A stretch of 63,251 nt of DNA, the filler included, from Octopus bimaculoides (lineage: Eukaryota): assembly GCF_001194135.2 (NCBI RefSeq). It is 5 parts of 5 records of this genome, joined end to end, with 100 filler letters (N's around TTAATTAATTAA, not from the genome) between each part and the next. Parts side by side here need not be neighbours in the genome. Positions count along the whole stretch, not along the records: positions 1 to 11,898 come from NC_068994.1; positions 11,999 to 24,909 come from NC_069009.1; 3 more parts are not named here. One strand, given 5' to 3'. A model generated the notes under the pieces. That model was not told the DNA's origin, did not search any database, and saw nothing but the letters and a program-made list of their open reading frames with translations. The position numbers were made by a program, and so were the translations under genes. Shown piece by piece: positions 1-14,006 of the stretch; within the stretch, counting starts at the first letter, position 1; the number at the start of each line of letters is the position of its first letter.

Positions 1-41
<41 letters not shown>

Positions 42-1249
42 TATATATATATACATATATATGCATGTATACGAATGCAGTGGATGTACGATATATTATG
101 TATATTGCAAAGGAACTTTGCATGTAAGAGATTTTATATCTATATAGGTGTTTGTGTGTCAGAGAGTTATGCCATACTGCGTTAGACACATTTATGGGTG
201 TAACCATATGTGGAGGTGGCAGTGGTGGCGATGGCAGTGGTGGTGGTGGTGGTGGTGGTGGTGTTAGTTGTTTGTGGTGGTGTGTAAAAAAACAGTCAAC
301 ACCCTCCTACAACACATTCTTCTCGTACGTAGTTCAAACTATTTCAACAGTTGTGAACACACTTTTGTAATATGTGAGTTACTGAACAAGTTTAAGCTGA
401 CTGAAAGGGATATATCAGCAAAGTGACGAATATGCATACATATATCATGCATGAATGCATGTGTGCATTCATGCATATACAGATGCTAACACACACACAT
501 GCGTGTAAGAACACACATGTGCATATTACATGTGTGTGTATGCATATATTAAATCATTTCACTTGTTATGCTCCATGGCATTTCCAACAAATTAAACATG
601 TTAATGAACAATAATGTGATAATGTACATAAAAATACGTGTAATATAATATATATCAATATGCATATATATATATATATATACATACACACACACACACA
701 TGCGCGCACATACAGAGAAACACATAAAAATAAATGTATATTCTACATCCTTGTTAATGTTTAATTCTGTTGAAAATGCCATAGAGCATAAGAAGTGTAA
801 TGATTTAATACATACATACATACACACACACACATGTATATACATACATACATATATATCCACACACACACACACATATATGTATACAATATATATGCAA
901 ACAATGAAAAAACAGCTGTTATATCCAGGCTATAGATTTTCATTTGTGTTTATTATTGTAGATGTGCTGGACTTATGCTACAGCAGATTTGCATCGAAAG
1001 CCCTGAAATACTGGTGTTCTTCAAAAAAAAAAAAAAAAAAAAAAAATGATGCAAACTGATTTTCACCCCTCAAATGCACTCAACTTGTGAATGGAACAGG
1101 AAGAACTTGTAAAACATCCCAAATATTCTCCTGTTAGTGTGTTCCTAAACTGAGCATAGTTAAGGTTACATATACATACAGCAATCCCCACCACCACCAC
1201 CATCACACACATACATGCACAAAGAGTAAAGAAGCTTCTTGTTTTTCAG

Positions 1250-1682
1250 TTTTCCTGTTTCAGTCATTGAACTGTGGCCATGCTGGAGTACTGCCTTGCA
1301 GAATTTTGGTCAAATGAATCATATTCAGTACTTGTTATTTTCTGTTTTTATAAAACTGGTACTTATTCAATTGGTCTTTTCTTTTTTTTTTGCCATGCTG
1401 CTAAGTTACAGGGATGTAAACACACAAACACTGGTTGTTAAGCGGTAGTGGGGGACAAACACACACACATGCACATGCACACACACACGCACACACATAC
1501 ATACAAACATACACACATGTCTGTATGTGATGAGCTTCTTTCAGTTTCCATCTACCATATCCACTACAAAGCTGTGGTCTGCCCAAGGCTATTGTAGAAG
1601 ACACTTGCCCAAGGTGCCAAGCAGTGGGATTGAACCTTGAACCATATGGTTGAGAAGCAAGCTACTTACCACACAGCCACAC
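1250..1682 (-). mobile_element. SINE family A (tRNA-like head, CCTTGGGCAAGTGTCTTCTAC core, central microsatellite, 3' tail)
   Basis: Reverse complement reads GTGGCTGTGTGGTAAG..GGTTCAATCCCACTGC..CCTTGGGCAAGTGTCTTCTACAATAGCC; same modules recur more than 12 times in the window. Confidence 0.85.
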
Positions 1683-2081
1683 CTGTATGTATAATGAAGC
1701 ATGCACACACTTGTGTGTACTGAAGTGATACTCACACACACACATCCTTCTTATCACTTACCACTTATCTCCGTCAGCCATGCCTCTTAGTCTGTAAAGT
1801 TGCTGGCAAGTGAGCAGATATTTGAGCTCGAGAGGACCCTTCGTAAGTTATGTCAAGGACATGACGACCTCCCTGGTGTTAGTGGAGTGGAAAGATGTAC
1901 TTGTTACATTCTGTGATTGGTTTTAGAAAGGGCATACAACAACAGAACTCATGTCAAGCATGAACCACATGAGCAAGGTAGAGAGCTCTGGCCCATCTAA
2001 GAAAGACGTACCTTTGATTATGTGCCAACTCAGACCATGGTGACCTGTCTAACAGATGTCAGCAGGGAGAGGGAACTTAAA

Positions 2082-2125
<44 letters not shown>

Positions 2126-2144
2126 ATGCCGATGATAATATATT

Positions 2145-2347
2145 CTTTTAATTCTTTTGTTTGTTTCAGTCATTTGACTGCAGCCATGCTGGAGCACTGC
2201 CTTTGATTGAACAAATCCACCCCAGGACTTATTCTTTGTGAGCCTGGGGGACATAAACATGCCAACATTGGTTGTCAAGCAATGGTAGGGGGACAAACAC
2301 AGACACACACACGCACACACATACACACACACACACACATACACACA

Positions 2348-2386
<39 letters not shown>

Positions 2387-2541
2387 GATGGGCTTCTTTC
2401 AGTTTCTGTCTACCAAATCCACTCACAAAGCTTTGATTGGCCTGAGGCTATAGTATAAGACACCTGCCCAAAGTGTTATGCAGTGGGATTGAACCCGGAA
2501 TCATGTGGTTGGTAAACAAGCTACTTACTACACAGCCACTC
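2145..2541 (-). mobile_element. SINE family A, near full length
   Basis: Same head, core and tail as 1250-1682; (CA)n/(TA)n in the central linker. Confidence 0.85.
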
Positions 2542-2573
<32 letters not shown>

Positions 2574-3044
2574 GCCTATTTTTTTAAGTAGGTACTTAGT
2601 CTATTAGCCTCTTGGCTGAACTGTGAAGTTACAGAGAAGTAAACAAGCTAACTCCAGGCTGTAAAGTTGTAGGAGGTGGAGCAACAAACAGATACAAAGT
2701 CACATATATGTGCACACGCATACACACACGCGCGCGTGCGCACATGCATATTTTATGTGACTACATGTCTGCATGTGCTTGTGTGCATAAAAATAAATAA
2801 ATCTTGGCAAATGTAACACATAAATTATCATTACTGCCCTCAACAACGCACCGACCCACCAGTCGCCAGCACCGCTACACCCAACCTTAATACCAATACC
2901 AATAGACTAGTCTGATAAGAGTAGTCGAGTGATGTCATGTCCCTACTAGTATATAGATTGTAGTGTGGGAATAAAATTATGTATATTGAGCACTGGAGAA
3001 TGGAGGGAGTAGGGGAGAGAAAGAGAGGGAGAGAGAGAGAGGGG

Positions 3045-3090
<46 letters not shown>

Positions 3091-4166
3091 NNNNNNNNNN
3101 NNNNNNNNNNNNNNNNNNNNNNNNNNNNNNNNNNNNNNNNNNNNNNNNNNNNNNNNNNNNNNNNNNNNNNNNNNNNNNNNNNNNNNNNNNNNNNNNNNNN
3201 NNNNNNNNNNNNNNNNNNNNNNNNNNNNNNNNNNNNNNNNNNNNNNNNNNNNNNNNNNNNNNNNNNNNNNNNNNNNNNNNNNNNNNNNNNNNNNNNNNNN
3301 NNNNNNNNNNNNNNNNNNNNNNNNNNNNNNNNNNNNNNNNNNNNNNNNNNNNNNNNNNNNNNNNNNNNNNNNNNNNNNNNNNNNNNNNNNNATATATATA
3401 TATATAATTACTTAAAACAGTTTGATTTAATATCAAATTGTTTTAAATAATACATGTAACTCCCACTGAATGTGTTGATTGCCCTTTTCTTTCATTTGAC
3501 AACTCAATTACACACACACAATCGTGTGTGTGTGTGTGTGAGTGTATGTATTCATAGGCATGTGTGCATGTCCTTGTGCGTGTGTGTGTGTGTGTGAGTG
3601 TGTGTCTCTGTCTTTCGTTTGTCTACTCAATCACACACCACATGCATATGTGTGTATGTATGTATGGGTGTATACACACTCACAAAAGACAAATAAACGT
3701 ATATTAAACACCCTACAAGATAAATTGTTGTTCTATTGAAATTATCTTCTCATAGGAAGAAGAGTCGACTAATGCCTAGTGGCAGTTGCAGCCAACTCCA
3801 AATGAAAAGGGGAGACAATCTCAAGAATCAAAAACCTCCTAAGTAGACATGCCCTTTATGGACCCCACCTCCCCCCAAAAAACCTTGTCTGATTGCTTGG
3901 AGACAAGAAAACACCTGTGGCCTTGTGTTCCTAACTTGGCTCCAATAGGCACAATGCTTAGACATACAAAAAGGAGCAAAGAGAGATATTGCAGAATGGC
4001 CAGTGGTATGATTATTTGAGCACAAAGATGAAGGTAAAGGTATAGTAAATACCATACAAGATCATTCCTTTGAGAGAGAGTAAAAAAAAAAATGCTTTGT
4101 GGCAGTGGTGACTAAAACTCTAAATCTGACAGGAAGATAATCTCAGGAATTGATTTATGTATGTTT

Positions 4167-4201
<35 letters not shown>

Positions 4202-4267
4202 TGTGCATGTGTGTGTGTAGGGATGTGTGTGTATGTGTGTGTGTGTGTGCATTTGTGTGTGTGTGCA

Positions 4268-4313
<46 letters not shown>

Positions 4314-4385
4314 GGATTTCCAATATTTACTTTTGAGAAAGGCAGTGGCTGAATTGTTAGCATGCCAGGCAAAATGCGTGCGCGT

Positions 4386-4429
<44 letters not shown>

Positions 4430-4454
4430 CTACACACACACACCTACACACACA

Positions 4455-4489
<35 letters not shown>

Positions 4490-4490
<1 letters not shown>

Positions 4491-4650
4491 AGATGGGCTT
4501 CTTTCAGTTTCCATCTACTAAATCCACTCACAAGGCTTTGGTCAGTCCAAGGCTATAGTAGAAGACACTTGCCCAAAGTGTCATGCAGTGGAACTGAACC
4601 TTGAACTATGTGGTTGGGAAGCAAGCTTCTTACCACACAGCCATGCCTCT
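4490..4650 (-). mobile_element. SINE family A, head and core only
   Basis: GATGGGCTTCTTTCAGTTTCC..ACCACACAGCC module. Confidence 0.8.
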
Positions 4651-4859
4651 GCACCTATATATGAAATTATGAAATTATTGCATACAAATTAATTGATGGA
4701 AATTGCATGTCACATCTTGTTACTGCTTCTTGGTGATGGTCATGTCTTCATTAATCAATAGCCTATAGACTATCATACCTTGGTAACCAGTGGTCAAGAG
4801 GCTAAACAAAGCAACACAAGCAATAGGTCAGGCCTCGATGACAAAACTGATAATCATTA

Positions 4860-5060
4860 TTGAGGTGGTGTGCAGGTAGGATTGTTTGAACACTATTTCT
4901 CCCAGCTCTTTACATTCTGAGTTCAAATTCTACCAGGATCAACTTTTCATTTCGTCCCTCTGGGATCAATAAAATAAAACAGTGTATTAGTCAAATACTG
5001 GGGTTCATAGCATTGAGTAAGACCCTTACTTCTAAAGTTGCTGGCCTTTTGCCTCTTTTA
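4860..5060 (+). mobile_element. SINE family B, degenerate
   Basis: TTCTGAGTTCAAATTCTACC..CTTTTCATTTCGTCCCTCTGGGATCAATAAA resembles the family B core. Confidence 0.55.
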
Positions 5061-5290
5061 TAAACCATTAGTGTTGATATTTCAAAGAAGAAATATTTGT
5101 ATTTAATGTTTCAACGGCACAACTGAGTGCAGCTCTGTGGGCCTTTGGTATGCCCAGTGTTGCCTGTTTATGTGTGTATGTTGAATATAAATACACACAC
5201 ACACACAACATATATGATCTTTACTTATGTATATGTGTGTATGCATGTGTGAGTGTGTCTAGGCACAAGATATATATATATATATATGTA

Positions 5291-5374
<84 letters not shown>

Positions 5375-6229
5375 CATATATACATATACATACACATATA
5401 TATACACATGCACATACACACACACATATTATATATATAGTTTGACACAATTGCACAGATACTTGTATCTAGTGAGCTGTATATAACATGTTTACATTAA
5501 TACACAGATGCATGGACACACACATGCACACACCCATACACGCACACACGCACACGCACAACAGTCAATAAAGTTGCCAACATCTACAACAACTGTTTTC
5601 CTCATTAAAAATTCTTAGATATATGTTTCCACGTCGTGAAATCTGATTTTGTCAAACTTAATATGATCTTGCTAATATCCTTCCCCGCCACCACCCAATC
5701 CTGCTGCTGCTGCTCCTCTTCCTCCTCCCCCCTCCTTCCCCTCTTTCCCCACCATTACTTTCAGTATCATCATCATCACCATCACCATCACAGCACCACC
5801 ATTATAAAGCTAACAAAACTGTCTCAGTTTCGATCGCTTGATCTGTTAGAAAGAGCAGCTAAGTCTCTCCTAAACTGCATATATAATATAGTCCTGGATA
5901 CACTTTATCTGGATAAATGTCGGGACCATCGTGCGTTGAGTACCTTTGATCATAGGACTGCTCAATGAGCGTCCTGGGGTTAAACAGCAGCATAACCATG
6001 GTTAACATCAGCTAAAGTGCAACAAAAAGCCTCTATCACCATCATTATCGTCAGCATCACAGTCACCAACATCATCATCAACATCATCATCATCGTCGTC
6101 ATCATCATCATCATCATTATCATCATTACCATCATTGTTGTCATCATCAACATCATCATTGTCATCACTTTTGTTGTTCCTACTCCACCGCCACTACCAT
6201 CACCACCACCATTCTTACCTTTGGTACAG

Positions 6230-6305
6230 TATTTGTTTATCTAACTTCAATGTACTCCGCCCTCATTCCCCACCGACTGAGATCTCCAGATCTAACTATT
6301 ATAAG
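6230..6305 (+). CDS. Candidate internal exon (76 nt) of an unidentified gene
   Basis: Acceptor cattcttacctttggtacAG and strong donor AAG|GTGAGT; two open frames (ICLSNFNVLRPHSPPTEISRSNYYK or FVYLTSMYSALIPHRLRSPDLTII); no homology recognised. Confidence 0.3.
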
Positions 6306-7346
6306 GTGAGTAAATTAGCAAACGTCTCCACCTACTACCACCACCACTACCACTCCTGGCATTTGCCCACCCTCACACTGGGGGTGGAGGTGCAGGTGGG
6401 GATGAGAGGTGAACACAGTGGACATTATGGCTTTCAGAGATGATGCCATGAAGAGTCTGCTGGTATCTTGCCAACACAAACAGCCAACACTGGATGTATG
6501 TGTGCTGGCTGTGTGCATGTGTATGTGCGTGTGTGTGTCTGTTTGTGTGTGCATATATATAAATATATATATACATACATGCATAAATAAATGTGTGCAT
6601 ATGTATATATTTATATGTATGTATAGTCACACACATACACACACATATATATACATACATGCACACAGAGATACATACATACATACATACATACATACAT
6701 ACATACATACATACAATTTAATTTTGAAAAAGTTGTTAATTAGTTAATTAAATAACTCATTATGTGATTGGAAGAAGAAGAAAAGAAGGAGGAGTCAGAG
6801 GAGTCAGAGGAATAAAAGAAGGAAGAAAGTAGGAGGGGAGGATAATGAGAGGGAGGAGAAAAACAAGGAGGAAGGGGGAGAAGAAAAAGGATCACAACAA
6901 CAACAACAACAACAACAACAACACAAATGAAAATGTGAATAGAAATGAAGTCCTGACCTATGTGAGCATTGAGGCATGGAAGAATCCAAACTGGATGAGT
7001 GACTTACCTGAAAAATATGTAATACAAAAAAGACAAAAATTAGAATAGAATTTTGAAATATCATTTTATACACCCACACACATGAATTTGAATATGTGTA
7101 TGTGTAGTCGTGTGTGTGGATGTTTATATATATATATGTATATATGCATATATGTGTGTGCATATCTATATGTGTGTACATACATACACACACATATTAT
7201 ATATATATATATATATATATNNNNNNNNNNNNNNNNNNNNNNNNNNNNNNNNNNNNNNNNNNNNNNNNNNNNNNNNNNNNNNNNNNNNNNNNNNNNNNNN
7301 NNNNNNNNNNNNNNNNNNNNNNNNNATATATACATATCTATGTGTA

Positions 7347-7445
<99 letters not shown>

Positions 7446-8146
7446 CTAGGGTCATCCCATAATCCCATAAATAATGTGGTTTTTTTGAATTGCATGAACT
7501 AAAAGTAGGAGAGGGATGGGATAAACTACCTGCGTCAACTTGCTATAAAAGTAGATAGTAACTGTATGTCACAATCAAGGTCAAATATACCTTTTTATAT
7601 CAAGGGCATATTGATGGTCAAGGATAAAGTTTATCTGAAGGACATATTGATGATTGAGGACACAATGGGTTCAAGGTCACAACGAATTGCCCTAAGTGTA
7701 GGGGAGGTCACTGAGGTGAAGACTATAGTGCTAAATGTGAAACTTGTGCTATGTAATGAAAGGTCAGTCCTGTTATTGATTGTCTGCCTCTCTGTTGATT
7801 GAGTTGAACAAATGTAATTCATAGCATTTGCATAGATTTTGTAACCAGCTGGCAAAAACCTTCACTATCTTTATGACCAGATAACATCCTTCCTCTCCTT
7901 GTGATCAGGTGACCAGGTGACCATTCCTTCCTTTCTGTTGCTGTAACCATATGACTGACCTCTCTATCCTATGACACACCTTGACATTATGACACCATGT
8001 CAGTCCTCTATTTCCTTACGGCCCATCAGCTGCCCTCTACTCCTCATTGTGATCGAGTAACTCTTCCCTCCATGTCACTCTGACCAGACACATCCCTCTC
8101 TTTTGTTGTGATTACATTACACTGTCTATTCTTTGTCTTTGTTCAG

Positions 8147-8236
8147 TTCCTGGAGATAAGAAAGAACCTCTGGAAGATCTGGTATCAAAGAAGCTGGGAG
8201 TTTATATATTTACACCAAAGCACTTTGATGTCAAAG
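8147..8236 (+). CDS. Candidate internal exon (90 nt), phase 1-1: PGDKKEPLEDLVSKKLGVYIFTPKHFDVK
   Basis: Long pyrimidine tract ending tctttgtctttgttcAG, donor AAG|GTGGGA, length divisible by 3, protein-like composition in non-repetitive DNA. Confidence 0.45.
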
Positions 8237-8919
8237 GTGGGATGAAAATAGAGCAGTTGCCAAGCAACAGTTTAAGTGGGCGTTTGTGTGTATATGTGAG
8301 TGTGTGAGTGTTTGTGTGTTTGTTTGCATGTGTGCGTGTGTGAAAGTGAGATAGACAGAGAGAGAATTTATACGAATGTGTATCTGCGAGAGAGTTTGTA
8401 ATTATGTATGCACATATGTATGAATGTGTGCATGTGCATACATATTGTATATGTGTTATGAATGCATACATGGCTGTTTGTATAAGTGTGTGATTAATAT
8501 TAGTGCAGCAGTAGTATGAAGACGACGACGACGATGACCACCACCACCACCACTGTCACCATTGCAGCTATTTCATAGATTTGACAGCTATTTCTAGCAG
8601 ATCAAGTGACATCTGAGGCTCCCTAATTGACTGATAGCAGTCAGGTTATGTCACAGGCACAATGTTGCATGAGGTGCAGTGGGGCAGGGGATGGCACAAT
8701 GTGGTGCAATGTGATGCAATGTGGCACAAAGTGATGCATTGCAGATTAGTGTAACAGTAAAAACAATCAGTTCTTATTGTTTAAACACAAATCAGCCTTG
8801 ATTTAGAAGTCTGAGAAAAAGTATTCAAGCCATAAGAATACAATATTTCATGTTGCATTATAATAGTGTATGATATGAAAGGATTTGTTTGTTATTTCTA
8901 GCAGATCAAGCAGCCATAG

Positions 8920-8970
<51 letters not shown>

Positions 8971-8974
8971 TCTT

Positions 8975-9385
8975 CCTCTCTTTGACCTTTTACTTGTTTC
9001 AGTCATTTGACTGTGGCCATGCTGGAGCACCACCTTTAGTCGAGCAAATCAACTCCAGGATTTATTCTTTGTAAGCCTAGTACTTATTCTATCGGCCTCT
9101 TTTGCCGAACCGCTAAGTTACGGGGACGTAAACACACCACCATCGGTTGTCAAGTGATGTTGGGGGACAAATACAGACATACAAACATATACACACACAT
9201 ACATATATATATACATATATACGACGGGCTTCTTTCAGTTTCCTTCTACCAAATCCACTCACAAGGCTTTGGTCGGCCCGAGGCTATAGTAGAAGACACT
9301 TGCCCAAGGTGCCACACAGTGGGAATGAACTCGGAACCGTGTGGTTGGTAAGCAAACTACCTATCACAGGGCCACTCCTGCGCCT
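8975..9385 (-). mobile_element. SINE family A, full length and close to consensus
   Basis: Complete tail (GCTGGAGCACCACC..GAACCGCTAAGTTACGGGGACGTAAAC), core and head. Confidence 0.9.
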
Positions 9386-9573
9386 AATGTATTGCGAAAG
9401 GCCTGGTTCAAGGTCCAACCATGTGAGTTCTTTTACAGGGCTTAGAAAAACTGAAGGACCGCTGCAATAATTGTGTGAATCTGACTGGGGAACACATTCA
9501 ATAAAATCATTATCAACTCATCTTCCTGTACTGTTTTTTTACCCCAAGCCAGGTACTTTTCAGCACTCCCTTG
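9386..9573 (+). mobile_element. Mariner-like transposon 3' end
   Basis: Translates LQGLEKLKDRCNNCVNLTGEHIQ*, typical of a mariner transposase C-terminus; followed by TIR-like GCCAGGTACTTTTCAGCACTCCC. Confidence 0.65.
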
Positions 9574-9574
9574 T

Positions 9575-9617
<43 letters not shown>

Positions 9618-9629
9618 TGTGTGTGTGTA

Positions 9630-9676
<47 letters not shown>

Positions 9677-10419
9677 TTTCTGTTTTTAAGTATTTGAAAT
9701 ATTCCTCTGAGGAAGGAGTTGGTTTCTAACAAACATACAAAGCTCCACTGTTGGAATGTAGATAAAAACGAATTCACGTTTTGAACTTACATATCTTTGC
9801 TGTTCCATTTACAGATTGTATTTATAATGTATGAATTAAATGGTTGATTTCTTTTTCTGAAAACCCTAGCTTATCATATTGTCACTTAGGCATTTACTCA
9901 CACATGTATGTATGTGTGTATGTATGTATGTATGTATGTATGTATGAGTGAGTGAGTGTGTGTGTAGGTATGTATGTATGCATGTATGTATGCATGTATG
10001 TATGTATGTATGCATGCATGTATGTATGTATGTATGTATGTACGTGTGTGTGTAGGTATGTATGAATGCATGCATGATCAAATACATATATGTATCCATA
10101 CATACATCATCATCATTTAATGTCTTCTTTCCATGCATGCTTGGGTTGGGCGATTTGTCAGGTGACACAGGCTCTGCGTATGTTTTGGCATGGTTTCTAT
10201 GGCTGGGAGCCTTTCCTAACACCAATATACATACATACATACATGTGTGTGTGTGTGCGTGCATATACACACAGGCACACATACACAAAGAGAAACGCGT
10301 ACACATATATGTGTATATGTGTTGTGTGCATACATGTGTGCATGCATGTGTGTGTGTGTGTGTGGGGATAAACACATATATTTCTATATCAACAGCTTCC
10401 ACTGAAGCATGGTGTCTTC

Positions 10420-11080
10420 ATCGCTTCTTGACGTAGAACATTATTCCAAAACTACTTCCAAAACTACCACCCACTTCACTGGTGCCAAGCAGCTTTGATG
10501 CTACCAAAGAATGTCCAAGTTCCATAATGTGGAAAGCTTTCTTCTATTCTGTGTTCCAGTCATGCAGCCACCTATTTAGGTTTACTTGTTGCTGAGGAGT
10601 TGGTCTTTTCTCTCGGCTTTCTTTGATCTTTCTCTCACACGCATTTTAGGCACATACATACATATATACATACATACATACATACATACATACATACATA
10701 CATACATACATACATACATAGGTTTGATGATAAGTGTAATAAGTGCTAATGCATGAAACTCTCAAGTACCCATTTTGCACACTCTGATACACAAAGTCTT
10801 CTATCATCTTCTGCAATGCATTGTGATCCCAGTCCACTTGTAAAGCAAGCTCACAGATTCTGCTTTGTCTCTCCATGATAACCAATCTATCTACTTCCTG
10901 ACAGATTAATGCAGTCTCCCATAATGTGGTTTCTCTTCATTGTTAGTTTCCCTTTTTTTAAAAATCTTTTTCATCCAGCAATGCCATGGCACTTGTTAAT
11001 GTTGTCCTTTCCCTAAACAATCTTTATCCCCTCTATGTATGCCAGGCAGCATTCACCCTTCCTTTCATAGAATTTTAGTA
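10420..11080 (-). mobile_element. Highly decayed LTR (Gypsy-like) pol/integrase relic?
   Basis: Broken frames give GYHGETK..YKWTGITMHCRR..LC..C, loosely like the HHCC integrase zinc finger; many stops. Confidence 0.25.
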
Positions 11081-11281
11081 ATGGCACATTACTGTTCCTT
11101 GGAACCTATTATTTGCCTGCAAGGAAGAGCAAGAAGAACAATACCTATAAAGGAAGATTTACTCTACCAACGTGTCTGTTAATAAGAAAGTTATGCCCAA
11201 TTTTACATTACTTTTGGTACAATCTTCATCTGCATGCATGTATGTATGTATGCCTCAGTGTGTGTGTGTGTGCATGCATGC

Positions 11282-11323
<42 letters not shown>

Positions 11324-11419
11324 CTGTTTTGTCATTGATGAAGACTTCACCTTCATATAAGTATGTCAAGGGCAGATCATCCTGGCAGAGCTATCCAATG
11401 TGTTCTTTCTATTTTTAAG

Positions 11420-11833
11420 CTGCATAGACTGTAATTTGAGGGTGATTTGACTGTTATTCCTAGTAGTTGAACGACCATGTTGAGACACCATTGTTGGTGT
11501 GTAAAATGAGATATAATGGGAAGTTGTGACGTTAAAGAAAGAAATATGATATAAAGATAAAGACAATCTTTGCAGCAGAGATGAACGTTTAATATAATGA
11601 CATAAACATCACGTTTGTAGCTCATGGCTCTATGTGCTATTTGATGCCCCAGCGGAGAAACATCTATGCAAGAGGCAGAGAAGCTTTTTATATTTGAAGA
11701 AGTAGAGAACCTGCTTATATTTAAAATCTGCATTGATTAAATGTGATAAGGCCAAATTTCGTACAAATATGCAGAAAAATGTTATGATATTTGTTGTGAA
11801 AATGAAATTCTATATTTTGAAGTAAGAAATAAA
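11420..11833 (+). other. Candidate terminal exon and 3' UTR for the 8147 exon
   Basis: Acceptor gttctttctatttttaAG at 11418-11419 gives G|CT GCA TAG in phase with the 8147 exon; AATAAA at 11828-11833. Confidence 0.25.
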
Positions 11834-11998
11834 GTTTAAACTGACTGTCACTCACTCTATGTATGGGTTATATATGCATTGAAATGCAACATATATATNN
11901 NNNNNNNNNNNNNNNNNNNNNNNNNNNNNNNNNNNNNNNNNNTTAATTAATTAANNNNNNNNNNNNNNNNNNNNNNNNNNNNNNNNNNNNNNNNNNNN

Positions 11999-12036
<38 letters not shown>

Positions 12037-12475
12037 GTTTATAAATATATTTATGCATATATATACATACATATATAAATATTTATAAATGTATATATGC
12101 ATAGATGTATACATACACTCACCTATATAAATATATACATAAATGTATAACTTTACACATACATACATAAATGTATATACATGTGTATGTATACACACGT
12201 CCACATACTTTGAAAGGTAGACATCAATATGGAATTAATGAAGCGATAATGTTGGTAAAACGTGATAAAGTCTTGTATTTTTGTCACTGATATTACATTC
12301 TTCCTTTCTTTTGTCTTCTTTACTCCTTCCCTCCTACCTTCTCTCTTTCCGTCCCTTTCATCTCTCTTCCTTCCCTCCTTCCGCCAATATATGCCCAACA
12401 CAAAATACGACATTTGGTTGAAGTAGCGTTGCAAATGTCTACAAATGCTTAGAAGTTTTGCCATTGCTGCTGTTG

Positions 12476-13093
12476 TTTTTGCTGTTGTTGTTGTTGTTCT
12501 AACTATTGTTGTTGTTCTAACTATTGTTGTTGTTCTAACTATTGTTGTTGTTCTAACTATTGTTGTTGTTCTAACTATTGCTGTTGTTCTAACTATTGCT
12601 GTTGTTCTAACTATTGTTGTTGTTCTAACTATTGTTGTTGTTCTAACTATTGCTGTTGTTCTAACTATTGCTGTTGTTCTAACTATTGTTGTTGTTCTNN
12701 NNNNNNNNNNNNNNNNNNNNNNNNNNNNNNNNNNNNNNNNNNNNNNNNNNNNNNNNNNNNNNNNNNNNNNNNNNNNNNNNNNNNNNNNNNNNNNNNNNNN
12801 NNNNNNNNNNNNNNNNNNNNNNNNNNNNNNNNNNNNNNNNNNNNNNNNNNNNNNNNNNNNNNNNNNNNNNNNNNNNNNNNNNNNNNNNNNNNNNNNNNNN
12901 NNNNNNNNNNNNNNNNNNNNNNNNNNNNNNNNNNNNNNNNNNNNNNNNNNNNNNNNNNNNNNNNNNNNNNNNNNNNNNNNNNNNTGTTGTTCTAACTATT
13001 GTTGTTGTTCTAACTATTGCTGTTGTTCTAACTATTGTTGTTGTTCTAACTATTGTTGTTGTTCTAACTATTGCTGTTGTTCTAACTATTGTT
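12476..13093 (+). repeat. 15-bp minisatellite (GTTGTTCTAACTATT / GCTGTTCTAACTATT)n spanning a gap
   Basis: Unit visible on both sides of the N run at 12699-12984; explains the VVLTI ORF. Confidence 0.95.
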
Positions 13094-13179
13094 GTCGATG
13101 TTGGTCATGTTACATTTCCTTCTCGTCATATAGTGTTGTTGTTCTTGCTATAAACGTTTCAGAAAGTATTTCTGCTGAT

Positions 13180-13701
13180 CTACTTGTTGTTGTTGTTGTT
13201 GTTGTTGCTCCTTCAGCTGTTGTTGTTGTTAGTCTTAAACTCATAATTTCTTGCTGTTGTTGATGTTGTTGTTGTGGTGGTGGTGGTGGTGGTTGTTATG
13301 GTTGGTGCTGCAGTGGCAATTGTTGTTTCTGTTTTTGCTGCAGTGGTGGTGCAAGTTTTTGTTGTGGTTGTTGTTGTTGTGGTGGTGGTGGTGGTGGTAG
13401 TGGCGGTTGTGATCGCTGCTGCAGTGGTATTTGCTGTTTCTGATGTTGTGGTGGTGGCAGTTGTTGCAGTTATTGTTGTAGTTGTGGTGGTGGTGGTGGT
13501 AGTGGTAGTTGTTGCGGTTATGGTTGTGGTTGTGGTGGTGGTAGTGGCGGTTGTGATCGCTGCTGCAGTGGTAGTTGCTGTTGCAGTAACACATGTTGTT
13601 GCATTTGTTCACAAACCTTTCCTGTGGCAGTTACATTTGTCATGTCATCATTCTTCTCAAGGACGCACAGACAACAGAAAAACAACGCCAACATTGCAAC
13701 C

Positions 13702-13733
<32 letters not shown>

Positions 13734-13966
13734 TATCACCACATACAACATCTCCACAAACCAACCTTACCATTTGCTATCAACTCCATCACCACCCCCT
13801 CCTGCTTTCCCATTGCCATCAACGACAATAAATATGTGACCACCACCAACTACAATGATATCCCTAATACCACCATCCTTACCACCACCACCTTCAACAT
13901 CATTCGTGCCACCACCACCATCACCATCACCATCAACACAAGCAACAATACCACCGCTAAGACGGA

Positions 13967-14005
<39 letters not shown>

Positions 14006-14006
14006 C
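13180..14006. repeat. Low-complexity (GTT/GTG)n, (CAT/CAC)n and (AAT)n tracts
   Basis: Direct inspection. Confidence 0.9.

Noticed and set aside
7566-7802. 78-aa plus-strand ORF with AG|GTCAGT donor at about 7762
   Set aside because: Its phase is incompatible with the 8147 exon, the acceptor is poor and no homology is recognised.
11943-11954. TTAATTAATTAA inside N runs (also 24954-24965, 43780-43791, 58415-58426)
   Set aside because: Identical 12-mer always embedded in gaps, giving stops in all six frames; an assembly linker, not biology.
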